From assembly GCA_002269645.1 (NCBI GenBank), contig NIVC01001547.1, positions 186,001-250,000 on the forward strand: a stretch of DNA of 64,000 bases, given 5' to 3'. The notes below the pieces were generated by a model that saw only the letters and a list, made by a program, of their open reading frames with translations, had not been told where the DNA came from and searched no databases. This DNA comes from Macrostomum lignano (Eukaryota). Every line of letters starts with the position of its first letter. The first letter of the stretch is position 1. Positions 49,787-62,560 of this stretch are shown here, piece after piece. A program made the position numbers and the translations under genes.

Positions 49787-50806
49787 TATTTTGCTAAGCT
49801 GAAGTGAGATTCTTATCGTGTGATGGGTTGGGTTTCCGGTCCAAAAATATCAATGCGTTCATTCTACCCTCACGTTTGACTATTTAGGTGGCTAGCTGGT
49901 AGTGCAGCTCATACGAGCCATTTATCTGCAACAGCTAGGTAGAGCTAGGGGCAGCAGTGTATACTTTGCACGGATGTATTTGCATGAGGCCATAAACAAA
50001 CTTACGAGTTTAAATATAAGTTGTTGGTCAAAGCTTCACAGTGTCGCAGAAACAAAATTAGTCAACAACTTTTGAATTTTAAATAATTCACTCTAACGTG
50101 TCAAGTAATTTTTTACTGCCTGCCTGCTGTGTCTATTTTGTTTTCATTTTAAATAACTAAAACAAGTTTATTTTAAAGAAAAGAGTTTGTTATGTTATCC
50201 TTAGCAGCATTGAAACTCGCCCCTCTAGGCTAAACGCCGTCCACGAGGTTAGAAGGGTCGAAAGTTGCTGAATTATTGTTGGCAACAAGCATGAGGAAGA
50301 TTGCCGGGAGCTCAAGACTTAGAGTTTGATTGGGTTGAGTAGTCGATCACCAATGACATGTTTGTGCGATGTACTACTGGGGAGCAATGACCCATTCATA
50401 GAAGCACTGTACCCATGGCAGGGGTACTTCCTTTAAATGTTAAAGGTTGCGCCGACAAAAATACGGGTAGAGTACAGTTTTCAAGATACGGCTTAGCGCG
50501 ATACACAGAAAAATTTTAGAGAGGACCCTCTGAACCTTAAATGAATATGTCCGCCAATAAAAGGCGATGCCATTTGAAATCTAATTTTTATATTCTTGTG
50601 TACAAATTTTAATGTTGCATTTTTACTTAATTTAATTTCTTTATACTGTAATTTATAACAGTGTGAAAGATTACACTAGGCCTATTATAACAGATTCGAA
50701 GCAGAACATTTCGTTTGTTACAATATAATTGTTAGATTTCAATTGTTTTTTTGCGTTAATTTGTCATTCAGTTGGTTGTTCAAATGCAAACTAGCTCGTA
50801 TCTCTA

Positions 50807-50810
<4 letters not shown>

Positions 50811-50886
<76 letters not shown>
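50811..50886 (+). repeat. (CT)n microsatellite
   Basis: Pure CT run. Confidence 0.95.
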
Positions 50887-50892
<6 letters not shown>

Positions 50893-52554
50893 TCCCCCTC
50901 TCTCCTCTCTTTGTCGTTGTCTCTTTCCCTCTCTCTCTTCTTTTTAGTTCGCTTTTTAAGTTATTTTGCGGTCTGTGCATCGGGAGCTGCGGATAACGGT
51001 GGTAGGGGAGATGGGGAGACAAGGAATATGAGGAGACATGGAGATGGAGGCTCAAAAGTAATTTGTGACAAAAAGAAAAAAGTAAAGAAACAGTTTGGGG
51101 TACGCTCGTAATTGGACCAAAAAGGGAATACTAAATTGCGATCATGCCAAACCTTTTTTGCTTTTGTCTTTTTGTCAAGAATTACCTTTGAGCCTGCTGC
51201 AATCGAGTGCTAACGTCTCGCAGTCTCATTATAAGCATTATTGTACATTCTATTCTCAAGTGAAATGTCTATTGCTGTATCACTAATAAATCTTTTTTAT
51301 GGATCAGCTCAGTTTATATGCATGGTCAGGCATCGGTCGCTACTCGTCATGTCACTATAAATTTTGCAGCTCCAGTTGCCCCTGTGTAAGCAGTGCCATC
51401 CATCATGTTTTGCATCTACAATAACTGGTATAATAAATCATCATAAGCAGTAGTTTTTATTCTTGTAAATTCCCAAATAAGTTTTGAGACTTTGCCGCAA
51501 CAGTTCGTTCTTTATTCAATGTTAAAATGAACATTGTATACCAAAAACTCTGTCACAGAAACTCTTGTTTGAGTTTGAGATTTGTCTGAGAGCTCATTCA
51601 AACTCTGGTGAGACTGGTATGAATTCAGTTCCCCGTTACACTATTTAGGGTTGCTATCAGGGGTGAGATTTTCACTGAATGCTTGAAATGGTCTCTCCTC
51701 CTTCCTCCACTTCTGTCCGCCCCTTCTATCCTCGTGCTCTCCCTCCTTCCCTTTCCTCTCTTCCTTCTCCTTTCTCATTTTAAGGAAGAGACCTGCACCA
51801 GTGATTTCGGGGAGGTGAAAAGGCGTCAACTTTTCATTTTATAAAAGCAAAATCTGAAGCAATTGTTCGCACTTTGCTGCTTCGATCCAACCAAAATACA
51901 CTACTGTCAAGTTTTACCGCGAATAGTAGCATCTTGTCTTGAACAGATTGTTTCGATCCCGTAGCCACACTTTCCCCACTAAGGCTTGAATTAGTGGCTC
52001 AATTGACGTGGAAAATGATTTACCCCCTTTCGGACCCGCGTAATATGCAGCTTAAACTGGGCACCCGATGATATCAGTAGCGAATGAACTCAAGGTCTTA
52101 CTGGCCGCATCAGCCGCCGCCAAAGAATCCGCTGCCAAGTGCAGCACTGTACTGCTGTTGCTGCTGCTGCTGGTGGGGTCTTGTAGCCTATGGTTAATTT
52201 ATCTGGTCAGGCAACGCTTTTGCCCCCATTCTGGAGTGTCTCTTTATTTGTGTGGCTATTTTAAATACACCCGTTCAAAGCCCTCTCTCTCCCTTGCTAA
52301 GTTTGGCGAAGCAACCACGAAATTATCGTTTACACTTTCAAATTTCCAGCTAAGCCGCCACCGTTCGGCCTGTCTTAATGAGCGAGGTCACCGACGTGAA
52401 AAAAATTATCGTCAAGTAGGTCTTTTTTGAATGATGAATGTAGTTTAAATTCCCATAGAAGAGTTTTTACCTGTCGAACTTTTAGCTCATTCTTCTAAAC
52501 TTTACGAAAGGAAGGTTAACACTACAGAACTGTTGTCTTTATTATTGCTTTCAG

Positions 52555-55500
52555 CTCTTCTTGAAAGTAGTTCTGCCGATGATTTCAAATTTGAAGATGA
52601 ACTATGTAAGTTTTACAATCAAGTTTTGCTAAAATTTTTCCTTGCAAACGAACTAAAATACGCGATGTACAGATTTTACACTGCTGAGACTGGTAGTTTC
52701 AAGTAGAATCCTCTAGCTATTTCTGCTTTGCTCAGAGCTGTGACCCTTCCTACTAGAGTGATAGAACTGAACTAAGCTACAATAGCAATGAAAACCCGCT
52801 GATCCCTTGTTGAATAACCAACTATGAAAAACCCTCTGCCAAATAATGATATTTTAGGCTCCCGAAGATTGGCTCTGTTCTTCGACGCTGGCGGTGAGTC
52901 TGTGACGGCTGAGTACGCCGACTTTCTGACAGAGTGCAACTTTAACGTAAAGAGGAGCCTGGAACAGCAGTATGAAAGCAAACTGGAGTCGTGTCTACCC
53001 GACTCCGTGAATAACTTCGAGGTCCAGCAGCTAATTGTAGTCGTGATAGCTGGCAATGCTTTCATGAATGACGTCTTAGATTTCATGACAACGGATAAAT
53101 TTCCCAACTGCCAAAACAGATGTTTATTATTTTGTCGCGCTGGTGAAGAAAGCCCGGATGACATGAAACTTGCAAACGAATTTTCGAATGCGAATTTTAA
53201 ATACAAGTGTACAACTATCGCTTACATCGTTGCTAAGGAACTTGAAAGCATACAGCGCTTCTATAAAAACTTTCTGGATGACTGCAAGTGCAAGTGGGAA
53301 GCTACAAGTATATTTTCTATCCTGGAGACGCTATCAATCGCTTACGAGTCCCTTTCTATGTATCATAGGGAAGGAAAGCTCGGTGGAGATTTCCTGCGCG
53401 ACATTTTCAAATTTATCAGGGAACCCAAGAGCAACCTTGATGAAGTTGATGCCTTACCAGCAGCATCAGAGCAGACTGCTCAAGACAAACCGACTGATTG
53501 GATGCGCGAGAATGCCTCAATAATCTATCCTAATCGGCGCAATCCGAAAAAGCCTCGAGCGTTGGTCATCATCAACTATGACCGAGGAGACTCTCTATAC
53601 TCTGCTCTGCAAGTTGACTGCAGCAGAGTTATGCGTATGCTAAAAAATCTTGGCTACATTGTAACGGACGTGCAAACCCACTCCAATGACGCCTTGAAAA
53701 GAAGGATCGAGCTTCTCTCAGGAGATACTGAACACGGTGACTCCTGCATCCTTGTCGTGCTGTCCCAGTCTCAGCAGCAGCTGAGCAGCTTTACTGTCAT
53801 GAAAAGCTTGGCTATTGGCGAAAAGCTCGCGGCCAAGCCCCGACTCTTTATTCTGCACGAGTGGGATGTCACAACACTGCAGACAGACTCTGTTACTGAT
53901 GGTTTCAGCAGCGATACTTATGAGATCGTTGAAGATGCTGTGGACGGTTTGCAGGCCTATTTTCGCAAGCATGATTCAACCATCAAGGTTCATCCACACA
54001 GCGGCATGGTGTTCGGTCGATCAGTTAGTAGCGATGTGACAAGAGCAGAGGGAAGCGCTTTTATTCAGACACTGTGCGAAACTTTCAGCCAGTATGGGCG
54101 CACAGAGGACGTGGCCTCCATGATTACCATAATTAATGAGCACAAGCGACTAGAGAAAACTGTGCCCATGTGGTTTATTCAGACTAGCAAGCTCTTTTAT
54201 ATCACGGGAACAGACGGAATCCAGGGTAAGAGCCCTTGTTTAGCTCAGTGCATGTATACTTTTCAATTCGAACTTTGCCAAAAGTGACTTCAATTTCGGC
54301 AACACGATAAATTATGACTGTCACTGTTACTGTCAAAGTGACTTAAAATTCTTTGTGATCAATATCATTGTAGTTCTGTAGCTCAGACTGCTTGTGCCAC
54401 CGCCAACATTTTTTGGTGTTAGTGTGCGACACTGGTGGTGTAAATTTTGACCTAACGGTTCCTTCTAGTTGCCTTTAAACAATACAATCTTGAATGACAA
54501 ATCTGTGATTGACTGCTTTGGCCGTGTTTACATTTATGTCGAGGTACTTCACTAGTCGTCTTCAGTCTCTCCTTGTTGTTGTCAAAATTGGTCACTTTTG
54601 CCAAAGTCGAAATTGAAAAGTTAAAACTATGCAGAAATCATTATTGCATAATCATTTGCACTATTTTGCTTTTAGCTACCGGTCAGGAGGTTTCGCAACA
54701 AAGTCTACAGAAGAAATCTAAAGAACCTAAACAAAGTCTAGAGAAGAAATCTAAAGAACCTGAAAGCGCCAGAATTGGTAAGTGGCATATTAAATTATCG
54801 AGAAACACCTCTTACGACGTAGAGATCAGATTCATGCGTTATAGTCATATAAAGATATGCGCAACATCTTTGCAAGACTACTCACTTCTAATTATATCTG
54901 TTCCGTTTTGCTGCGATGTCCAAACATTTTTATCCTATCAAGAATTATTTCATCTAAAAACTTTCTGATAAGTACATGTATTTCAGAAAGATACGCTTGA
55001 GTTTTAAACATTATTAGATTCATGTATTAAAGAACACCTGTGCCTGTATAAGCCAATAAAACTCGCTAATCTCAGCAAAGCTCAGTTGTACTTGCACTTT
55101 TACGCTCGTATTTTCAGCTCGAACAGAATTTGCGATGATTCTCACCGAAGGACAGTATGATGGGGCCAGAAACTATCAGATGTTTCTGGAGTATGCAGCC
55201 TTCAAAGTGCTCTTCGATTACACGGATGGCAATTCGAGCTCAATCAAGACAGCCATCAGGCTTCCAAAAGAAACTGAAGGAAATGTTGTCCTTTATCTAA
55301 TTGTACGCACGCATCGCAACGACAACGTCTTGCAAGAAATAGTCGATGAACTTTCTAAACAGCAATCTTCTCAAAAGTGCAGCAGTAGCATTTTGCTTAT
55401 TCTTTGCGAAGTGTCCGAGTCTGAAGAGAATTTCGCGAACACTCAGATGCCAGAGGAGCTACCCGAGAAGTTCAGCGTTGTCAGAGTTTGCAGGAATCGG

Positions 55501-56580
55501 TGCGGCGTGATTGAATTTCTGGACTCCCTGCTGGAATCTCCCAGGAAGAACATCTCTCTCAATGGCAGCCTTGTGGTTGGTAGAGATTTTTCCTGCCACT
55601 CCTGCCATCACGGAATAATGCACTGCAAAGTCAATGACGAAAACCCAGGCTGGAGGAAGAGAATCACTTGGCTTGAAAACTTTTATATAGAAGAGAGTTC
55701 ATCGCACCCAAATCTGTCTTCAATTGACGTTAGTGACGACACGCAGACGAGACCAGCAATAAGAGGATCTCTCCGATTAGAGAGTTTCAGAAGCGAATGG
55801 AATGCACCTGGATTAGATACTCAAGAGTGCAAGGCTGTAGCCCTCATCGTTCACAACGTTGTCTTCCAGAAAAAGGAACTATCTACTCGGTTCGGAAGTC
55901 AGTACGACTGCCAGCGAATGGCTGACACTTTGCTCAGGCTTGGCTACTCAGTGAGCATCAGGTCGAATCTCACCAAAGTAGAAATCGAAAGCGAATTAGA
56001 CATGTTTTGCAGTGACGCACGACACGGCAGCTCAGTCGTAGTTGCTTTTATGTCTCACGGATGTCTCGGTGAAGTAGTTGGTTTCGACGGCGAATCAGCG
56101 AAGGAAAGTAAAATTCTAAAACGAATTTCCAAAGGAAACCGCACAAGTGAAAAGCAGCAATTGGTCATCTTCCAGAACTGTCTAGACCCTGGTCGATTGC
56201 CTAAATCAGAGCTGTCGTTTTTTCCTGGCATGATCGTCGCTCACTCGACTTCGCCGAATGAAAGCAGCTATCGAATGACAGACAGAGGCAGTCGGTTCAT
56301 CCAGTGTCTGTGCACTGTTCTCGACCTGTTCGCCGACACGTGCGACATTGCGTCAATGGTTCCTATCGTTAATTATGTGGTGCAAAACGCTACTTTTTAT
56401 ATGGGCATCAGCCAGCTGCCCTGGTGGTCTGTGCAGACAAGCAAGAAATTTTGGATTCGAGTCAATGAGCCTCCTCAAAGCAGTCGTGAATCGCGCCATC
56501 AAGCCAATTCAGCTAGGAACCAAACAACGAATGACTGCAGGGTTCAGGTGACGGAACTTCTTCAAAAAATGCGGTTGTAA
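52555..56580 (+). CDS. Multi-domain caspase-like gene 1 (pseudo-caspase fused to caspase with His/Cys dyad); exons 52555-52605, 52858-54225, 54676-54777, 55118-56580; 5' end unresolved
   Basis: All junctions are GT-AG, phase 1 and in frame. Large exon A: RALVII, HGDSCILVVLSQS, KPRLFILHEW, GSAFIQTLC. Large exon B: RFGSQYD, FMSHG, IFQNCLD, SYR...GSRFIQ. Confidence 0.75.
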
Positions 56581-56884
56581 TAATCTACGCAGAGGCAGTT
56601 TATCAATTTGACTATTGTGGTGACTGAATAGGTTTAATTGCTTATATTGTAGCTACCAGTGGCAATATTTTAATTCTTACATTTTTTTCTTAGCGGTTCA
56701 AAATCTGATGAATTTCTGTGAGAGCGGTATATATGATTTTAACATTCAAACCATAAAAAATTTACTATTGACAACTGTTGGGACAATTAAAGATAACGCC
56801 TGTTTATAGGCGTTTGTAAATTTGTTTTACTTTGAAGACTTTTTACACAAATATTAAATTAATAAACTGCTAGTTAGCTTCTTG

Positions 56885-57219
56885 GTTAGAGGCAGGGGGC
56901 TGTTTACCCTGGTGCACTTTAAGCGACATTGTCACACAATCAGCGAGAGGCATTACTGCCCATTCCGCCGGCTCCCTAAGCAGGCACACAAGCAAGCGCG
57001 CGGATATGTATACAGTCATTCGTAAAGGCACACACGCACACAGGGGTGTACAGTGGCTTTAACAATTTTTATCGCTAGGCATGTACACTTTACTGTGTCT
57101 TGAGGTTGGCCCTTAAGGCCGTTACTTGCATGAGCAGAGCCAAGCTGACTGCACTTGGAATCGAGTATGGACCGCTGGCACATCAGAACGCCGCGTTAGA
57201 CCACAAGGCTACGGCCCCC
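56885..57219 (-). mobile_element. SINE-like family copy
   Basis: Body similar to 4290-4500 and tRNA-like head ending ggctacggccccc. Confidence 0.5.
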
Positions 57220-58353
57220 GTAATAAATTACTACGTAGTATAATAACATAATTATTACAAAAGGAGCGTGTTTCCGTAAGTGCTTCGATGGAACAAATTT
57301 GTTTTTATTGTTTTAATGAAAGACGTTAGACTGACCATTCTAAACAGTTTAAGCCAGTCTAAGTTAAAAACAGCAGCAGAAATGCTCTCGCTATAACTAA
57401 CCGTTGCCGAATTTTTAATTGAGAAAAATGTTATCCTAGTGTATGTTTTCATTATTAAAACTAATTATAAATGATTACAAAGTTTTCCTGATTTTTAATG
57501 TTTTATTGAAAGAAGTATAATTAGCATTGGAGTACGAGTTGTATTTAATGTAATCGATCTTTTGAATTTGAATGTATCAAAATCGCAAACTGCGACTGGC
57601 CCTCGATAGTAGTGCATCACTGCATTAGATTTTCCTCCAGCTCTGATTATTTTATTTATAGTAAACATAAAACTAACAGGCTCGTAAACTGCTGATTCCT
57701 AATTCAATTGTTTATTTAAATGTGAACGATTATCCAATCAAGTACAACAACTAAGTTCAAATAAATCAAAGGAAACTAAGAGTTTTCCGCTTGTCACCGA
57801 ATGTCTGCTTTTTTTATTTTGACCAACGTTTAGTATAACTTAGCTAGTTAATATATAGGTGTATCTACAAGTGTATAGGAGTACGAGTGCATATAGTAGT
57901 ATAGAAAGTATATATACATGGTTACTAGCTTAGCTAGCTTAGAATTAGTTTTACATTACAAAAAAGCTTTATGGGATATTTTAACTTTCCATCCAACAAT
58001 CCAAATTTCCCCCTTTCAGATGAATTACAAAAAAATTGTTATATAACTAAGCCTTATCTGGTATTCGAAGAAACGATCCAACTCAGTATCGATGGCTGAT
58101 TTTCCTGAGACATTTGAGACCGAAAGCCCAGCTACTAGTAAGTGCAAACCTACAATAAAATTATTTAGCAAATAAATTCGAACAAACATAGGCTGATTGA
58201 TTCCTCTGAGTAATTTTTCCCACATTTAAATTTTCAGTATTGCATGAAATTTCAACAGCTTCAGGTCTGTTAGATGTTTAAAACCAAATTTATTACTAAT
58301 TTAAAATCATTCTCCAATACTTTTAATAAGCTGCATATGCTTCATAATTGCAG

Positions 58354-61300
58354 AAACTACAGAAGCAAGTCGTGCTACTCGCAGTGCATTTGGTAAGATG
58401 CGCGCATAGGGGGGTTTGGGGGGGGGGGGGCAGAGCTGTTCTGCGGTGAACGCGTCGGATCAATATTGGCCAAGAAAGATTTGTCATGCGATTTAAACCC
58501 CCGATGACCAGTACTCAACACACAGAGAGTGTGCATGTTGGACGATTAGACAGTCAAGGGCTGCTGTACACCCTATTTTTTAAGTTTCTTTCAAAAACTT
58601 ACAGGAGCCATTCAAGATGTACAGGCAGGATCGAAGCTTCCCAGCTGGCAGGGAACATTCGGTGAGCACTTCTCAAGGACACATTAAGTAGGCTATCTTT
58701 TAGTTGTCCTTTGCACTTCAACTATAACATGCAGTTTTGTAAAATTTTTACAATTGTAGCTTATCAGAGGCTACTGCTAGTATTCGCTGATGAGACTACA
58801 GCGAAGATGGACAGCTACATTGAATTTATGAGCTCTCGTTGCGGCTTTTACACTGAGAAGCTCGCCCTGAACAGTCACCTTGCCGAATCCGAGACACTAT
58901 CTCGAGCACCAGTCAGGCAGATTGTCTGCCTAGTAATTTTCTCCGCTTCGCAGCCACAGCGCTACATGAAGGACTACCTAGATTTTCTGAACCAATTTGA
59001 CGAATCCGTGGATCAGCTACTGCTGTACTGCAACTTGTCCGAGACAGAGACCCAAATCGATCAGGATCTGCGAAATCAATTCTGCAGCAGTGCCTTTCCT
59101 TATCGAAAGTCTAGCATTGCTTACACTTTCGGAACTTCCTATGGAGTCGGACGATTTTTTGATAAATTTAAGAACGATTGCAACTTGAAATGGAATCGTA
59201 CTGTTGGCCTTTGTGACGTCCTGGAATCACTTGATATGGACCAGTCGTCTGAACTTTACATTAAAAAGCCTAGGAGCGAAAAGTGCTTCTTCCCACGCGA
59301 AATATTTTACCCTTGCAGCTCACAAGAACTGATCAAAATAGCCGGCATTGAGTCCTTCACCAACCGAGTTGACCCGGATACTCTGGCGTTATACGGTGAT
59401 TTTATATATCTGAACAGCCGCATACAAAAGCCGCAGGCCTTGATCGTTCTAAACATCAAACTAGAGAGCGGCATGACAAACAAGTCAATGCACGCAGACT
59501 GGAGGCGCCTTCTTTGGCTGTTTGATAAGCTCCAGTTCGAGGTCAAAGATGTTCAAACAGACGCGTCAAGCTGCAGTCAGCTTGAAGAATGCGTGAAGAC
59601 TTTTGCTGATTCTGAGTTGCACGGTGACTCCTGCTGCCTGGTTGTGCTCTCCGAAGGCTGGCTAGAAAGCAGCTGCATTGACAGCATCAGTAAGAGCATG
59701 GCCTTCGGAAAGCTTATCAAGGGTAAGCCGAGGCTGATCATCATTCAGGAGTACCAACCGAAGTCCTCAGAAGCATCGGATGCTGCGCCGAAGTCGCTCC
59801 CCCAATTCCTGCCTGACGCAGTGGAAGCGATGCGATTGCAGTTCAGAAACGACAAGCCTGAGGTCAGAGTCCATCCGCTAAGCGGAACCGTCTGGTGTCA
59901 GTCCGAAGCGTCGGACACCGAAAGCGACAATGCGACACCGCTGATTGGATCCATCTGCGAGACTTTCATCAATCACTCAGCCATCGAGGATTTGGTTTCG
60001 ATGATTTCAATCATCAACGAGAGACTGCAGGACGCCCCACCCACTTGGTGTGTGCAAACTGCCAAACTTTTCTATGTTGGAAATACTGAGTTCACAGGGA
60101 GCGGAAGCGCAAGTAAGTTTGTTTGAGTTTTTGAAAAAATAAGCAGATTGTTTAATAAAGTTTTCTGTCAAAATTTTCAATTCCAGGCAAGGCTCAATCC
60201 GAAAATACCCCTGAAAATCCTGCACCTGCAACCGATCCGTTAGCGACTTTGCAGACAATGCAAGGCTTAGCAGCAGAGTCGGACAAGCCGCGTCCCATTC
60301 TCGATCAAAACAGTAAGAATGAACTAAAAATTTGAGACAAAAATCGATTTGGAGGTCCCAAAATTTTTGAAGCTATAAACTTAATGAATTTCAGATCGCC
60401 CTGGAGTAGCACTGATTCTCACTGAAGGCTTGTTCGACAAAGTCCGAGATTATCAAATGTTTCTGGATTTTGCTGGCTTTCAAGTAATCTCGGAACGAAT
60501 CGATGGTATTAGCGCTTCTTTGAGAGAAATTGTGACTTCATCGGCCGCTCAAAGCCCGCTAGCAGTTGTGCTGATCGTTAAGAAGCACCAGGCCGGAGCC
60601 GGCGTAGATGATGTAATTGCGTGCATGTCGGAGACTGCAACCAAGCACGAAAACAGTTCCCTACTCATCTACTTTGAGATACTAGGTACTGATGAGCTGC
60701 CCTCTGAGATTCGCTTACCGGATGAACTGCCAGAGAAGTTCAGCATGGTTTGCTACCAGGGCACTCGAGACCGAATCAATCTCTGCCTTGACTTATTTCT
60801 AAAAACGCCGAGGAAGAATCTTAAAAGCAGTCCAATTGTTGGTTACAATTTTGAGAAGCTACGTACTAGGAAAAAAGAGCCAAAAATGATTTACCAATCC
60901 AGCGATAGCAATCCTGGTTGGAAGCTGACACCCAAATGGCCAGAGAGCCGAAATATCAGGGGTGACGACATCATGAAACAGGACTTATTCCGCACAGCCA
61001 GTATGCGAAAGAAATGGTTCCCAAAGAAACCTATTCTACAGAATGTCACTATGCAGAGCAGGGCTCTAATCGTTCAGAATATTGTCTTCAAATCCGGCGA
61101 GATCAGATTTGGCACCCAGAACGACTGTCAGAGGCTGACGGAATGTCTTACAGGCTTGGGGTTTCGAGTGTCAATCAGAACGAACCTCACGGCAGCTGAA
61201 ATCTTGCAAACTGTGCAGCTCTTTGCTGGTGCCAACGACCACGGCCGCTCCTGCATCTTGGCAATCATGTCCCATGGATATCTGGGAAAATTTTTGGGAT

Positions 61301-61824
61301 GCGACGAAAGGACTGTGAAAGAAGCAGATATTATTGATCAGCTGAGCAAAGGCAGTGGGCTTCAGGGTAGATCAAAGTTTGTTGTGTTTCAAGCGTGCAG
61401 GCCATTGGAAGAACCACATTCCAGCAGCTCAGCAGAGCGATTGATTAGACCCTATCCCGACATGGTGATTTCTCACTGCACCTCCCCAGAGGAGTTCGGT
61501 TATCGAAATCGCTTCGAAGGTAGCTGGTTCGTGCAGAGCCTGTGCTCCGTGCTTAATGAATGCGGAGCCGATGCGGACATCCTATCAGTGATAACTGCGG
61601 TGAACTACATGGTTTTGGCCTGCTTCAATCGGTCCGACTGTAAAGATGAGCGAACTCAGCAGCCGTGGTGGCTGCTGCAAACGAGAGGCGCTTTTGTGCT
61701 CGGCAGCGGCACACCAATGAAAGAAATCGGCGACACCAATCTTAGTTCAGCTGCACCTGCCGGGAGCCGAAAGTGTCGGGCAAGCGTTTGGAAAAAGTTG
61801 GAGGCCTTTTTCGCGAGGTGGTGA
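58354..61824 (+). CDS. Multi-domain caspase-like gene 2 (tandem paralog); exons 58354-58392, 58760-60112, 60187-60312, 60395-61824; 5' end unresolved
   Basis: All junctions GT-AG, phase 1 and in frame. Exon A: HGDSCCLVVLSEG, KPRLIIIQEY. Exon B: RFGTQND, IMSHG, VFQACRP, GYR...GSWFVQ. Confidence 0.78.
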
Positions 61825-62419
61825 ATTTGTACTTCTTGTGTTATTATTGAGAAACTTTGCTTACTTGCTTCTCAACTTTACTTCTCAACTCCTGATTAGA
61901 TAGTGTAATCCAATTTTTTTCTCTGGCCTTATTATTTTTAGCGTTAAATCTAACTGCTAATGCTTTGTTTGAGTCTTATTAATATGAAGATCGCAGAAGT
62001 AATGGAAAAATGTCTGACATTGAGGGTTGCTACAAGTCCAATTGGTTGTCATAACCAAACTAAAGTGCCACTGTAGTGGATTATATGCTGCACCGCAAAT
62101 TCTAAAAACATTAGACGTTTCAACTCAAATTTAAAAAGTGGTCACTATTTTTGCTTGAGTTCCACAAATAGCTCGTAGAAATGTCGATTTCGCCTCAAGA
62201 GCTGATGCACCTGTTAGATTATATTATTGTTATGGCTGTTGCAGTTGCCGAGGTATTTCTGTCAGTAAATAGCTGTTAGGTTCAATATGGCCATATTTTG
62301 CATTATTTGATACTCGTAACCGACTGCTCAGCCGCAGCTATTGCGCGGCGCATCTGAAGGCTGCGTACGGCTGTTCAGTCCAAGAACTGGGGGGTCACCA
62401 CACACCCTCAATTACCCCA

Positions 62420-62560
62420 GCGAATGCTGGTAGCAGGGTGACCTGAAGCACTGCAGAGTTTAGTGTCTTGCTCAAGAACACAAATTGTTTTGTATAGGTC
62501 GAGAATCGAACTTCGGACCTTTCAGTCGTGAGTCCGACGCTCTAACCACTAGCTAGGTCG
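62420..62560. repeat. tRNA-like SINE fragment
   Basis: gtgtcttgctcaagaacac...aatcgaac...gctctaaccactag; the minus strand has A-box-like and B-box-like motifs. Confidence 0.4.

Noticed and set aside
52068-52430. ORF with a Leu-rich stretch as first exon or membrane anchor of caspase gene 1
   Set aside because: No convincing phase-1 donor found; cannot be supported without transcript data.
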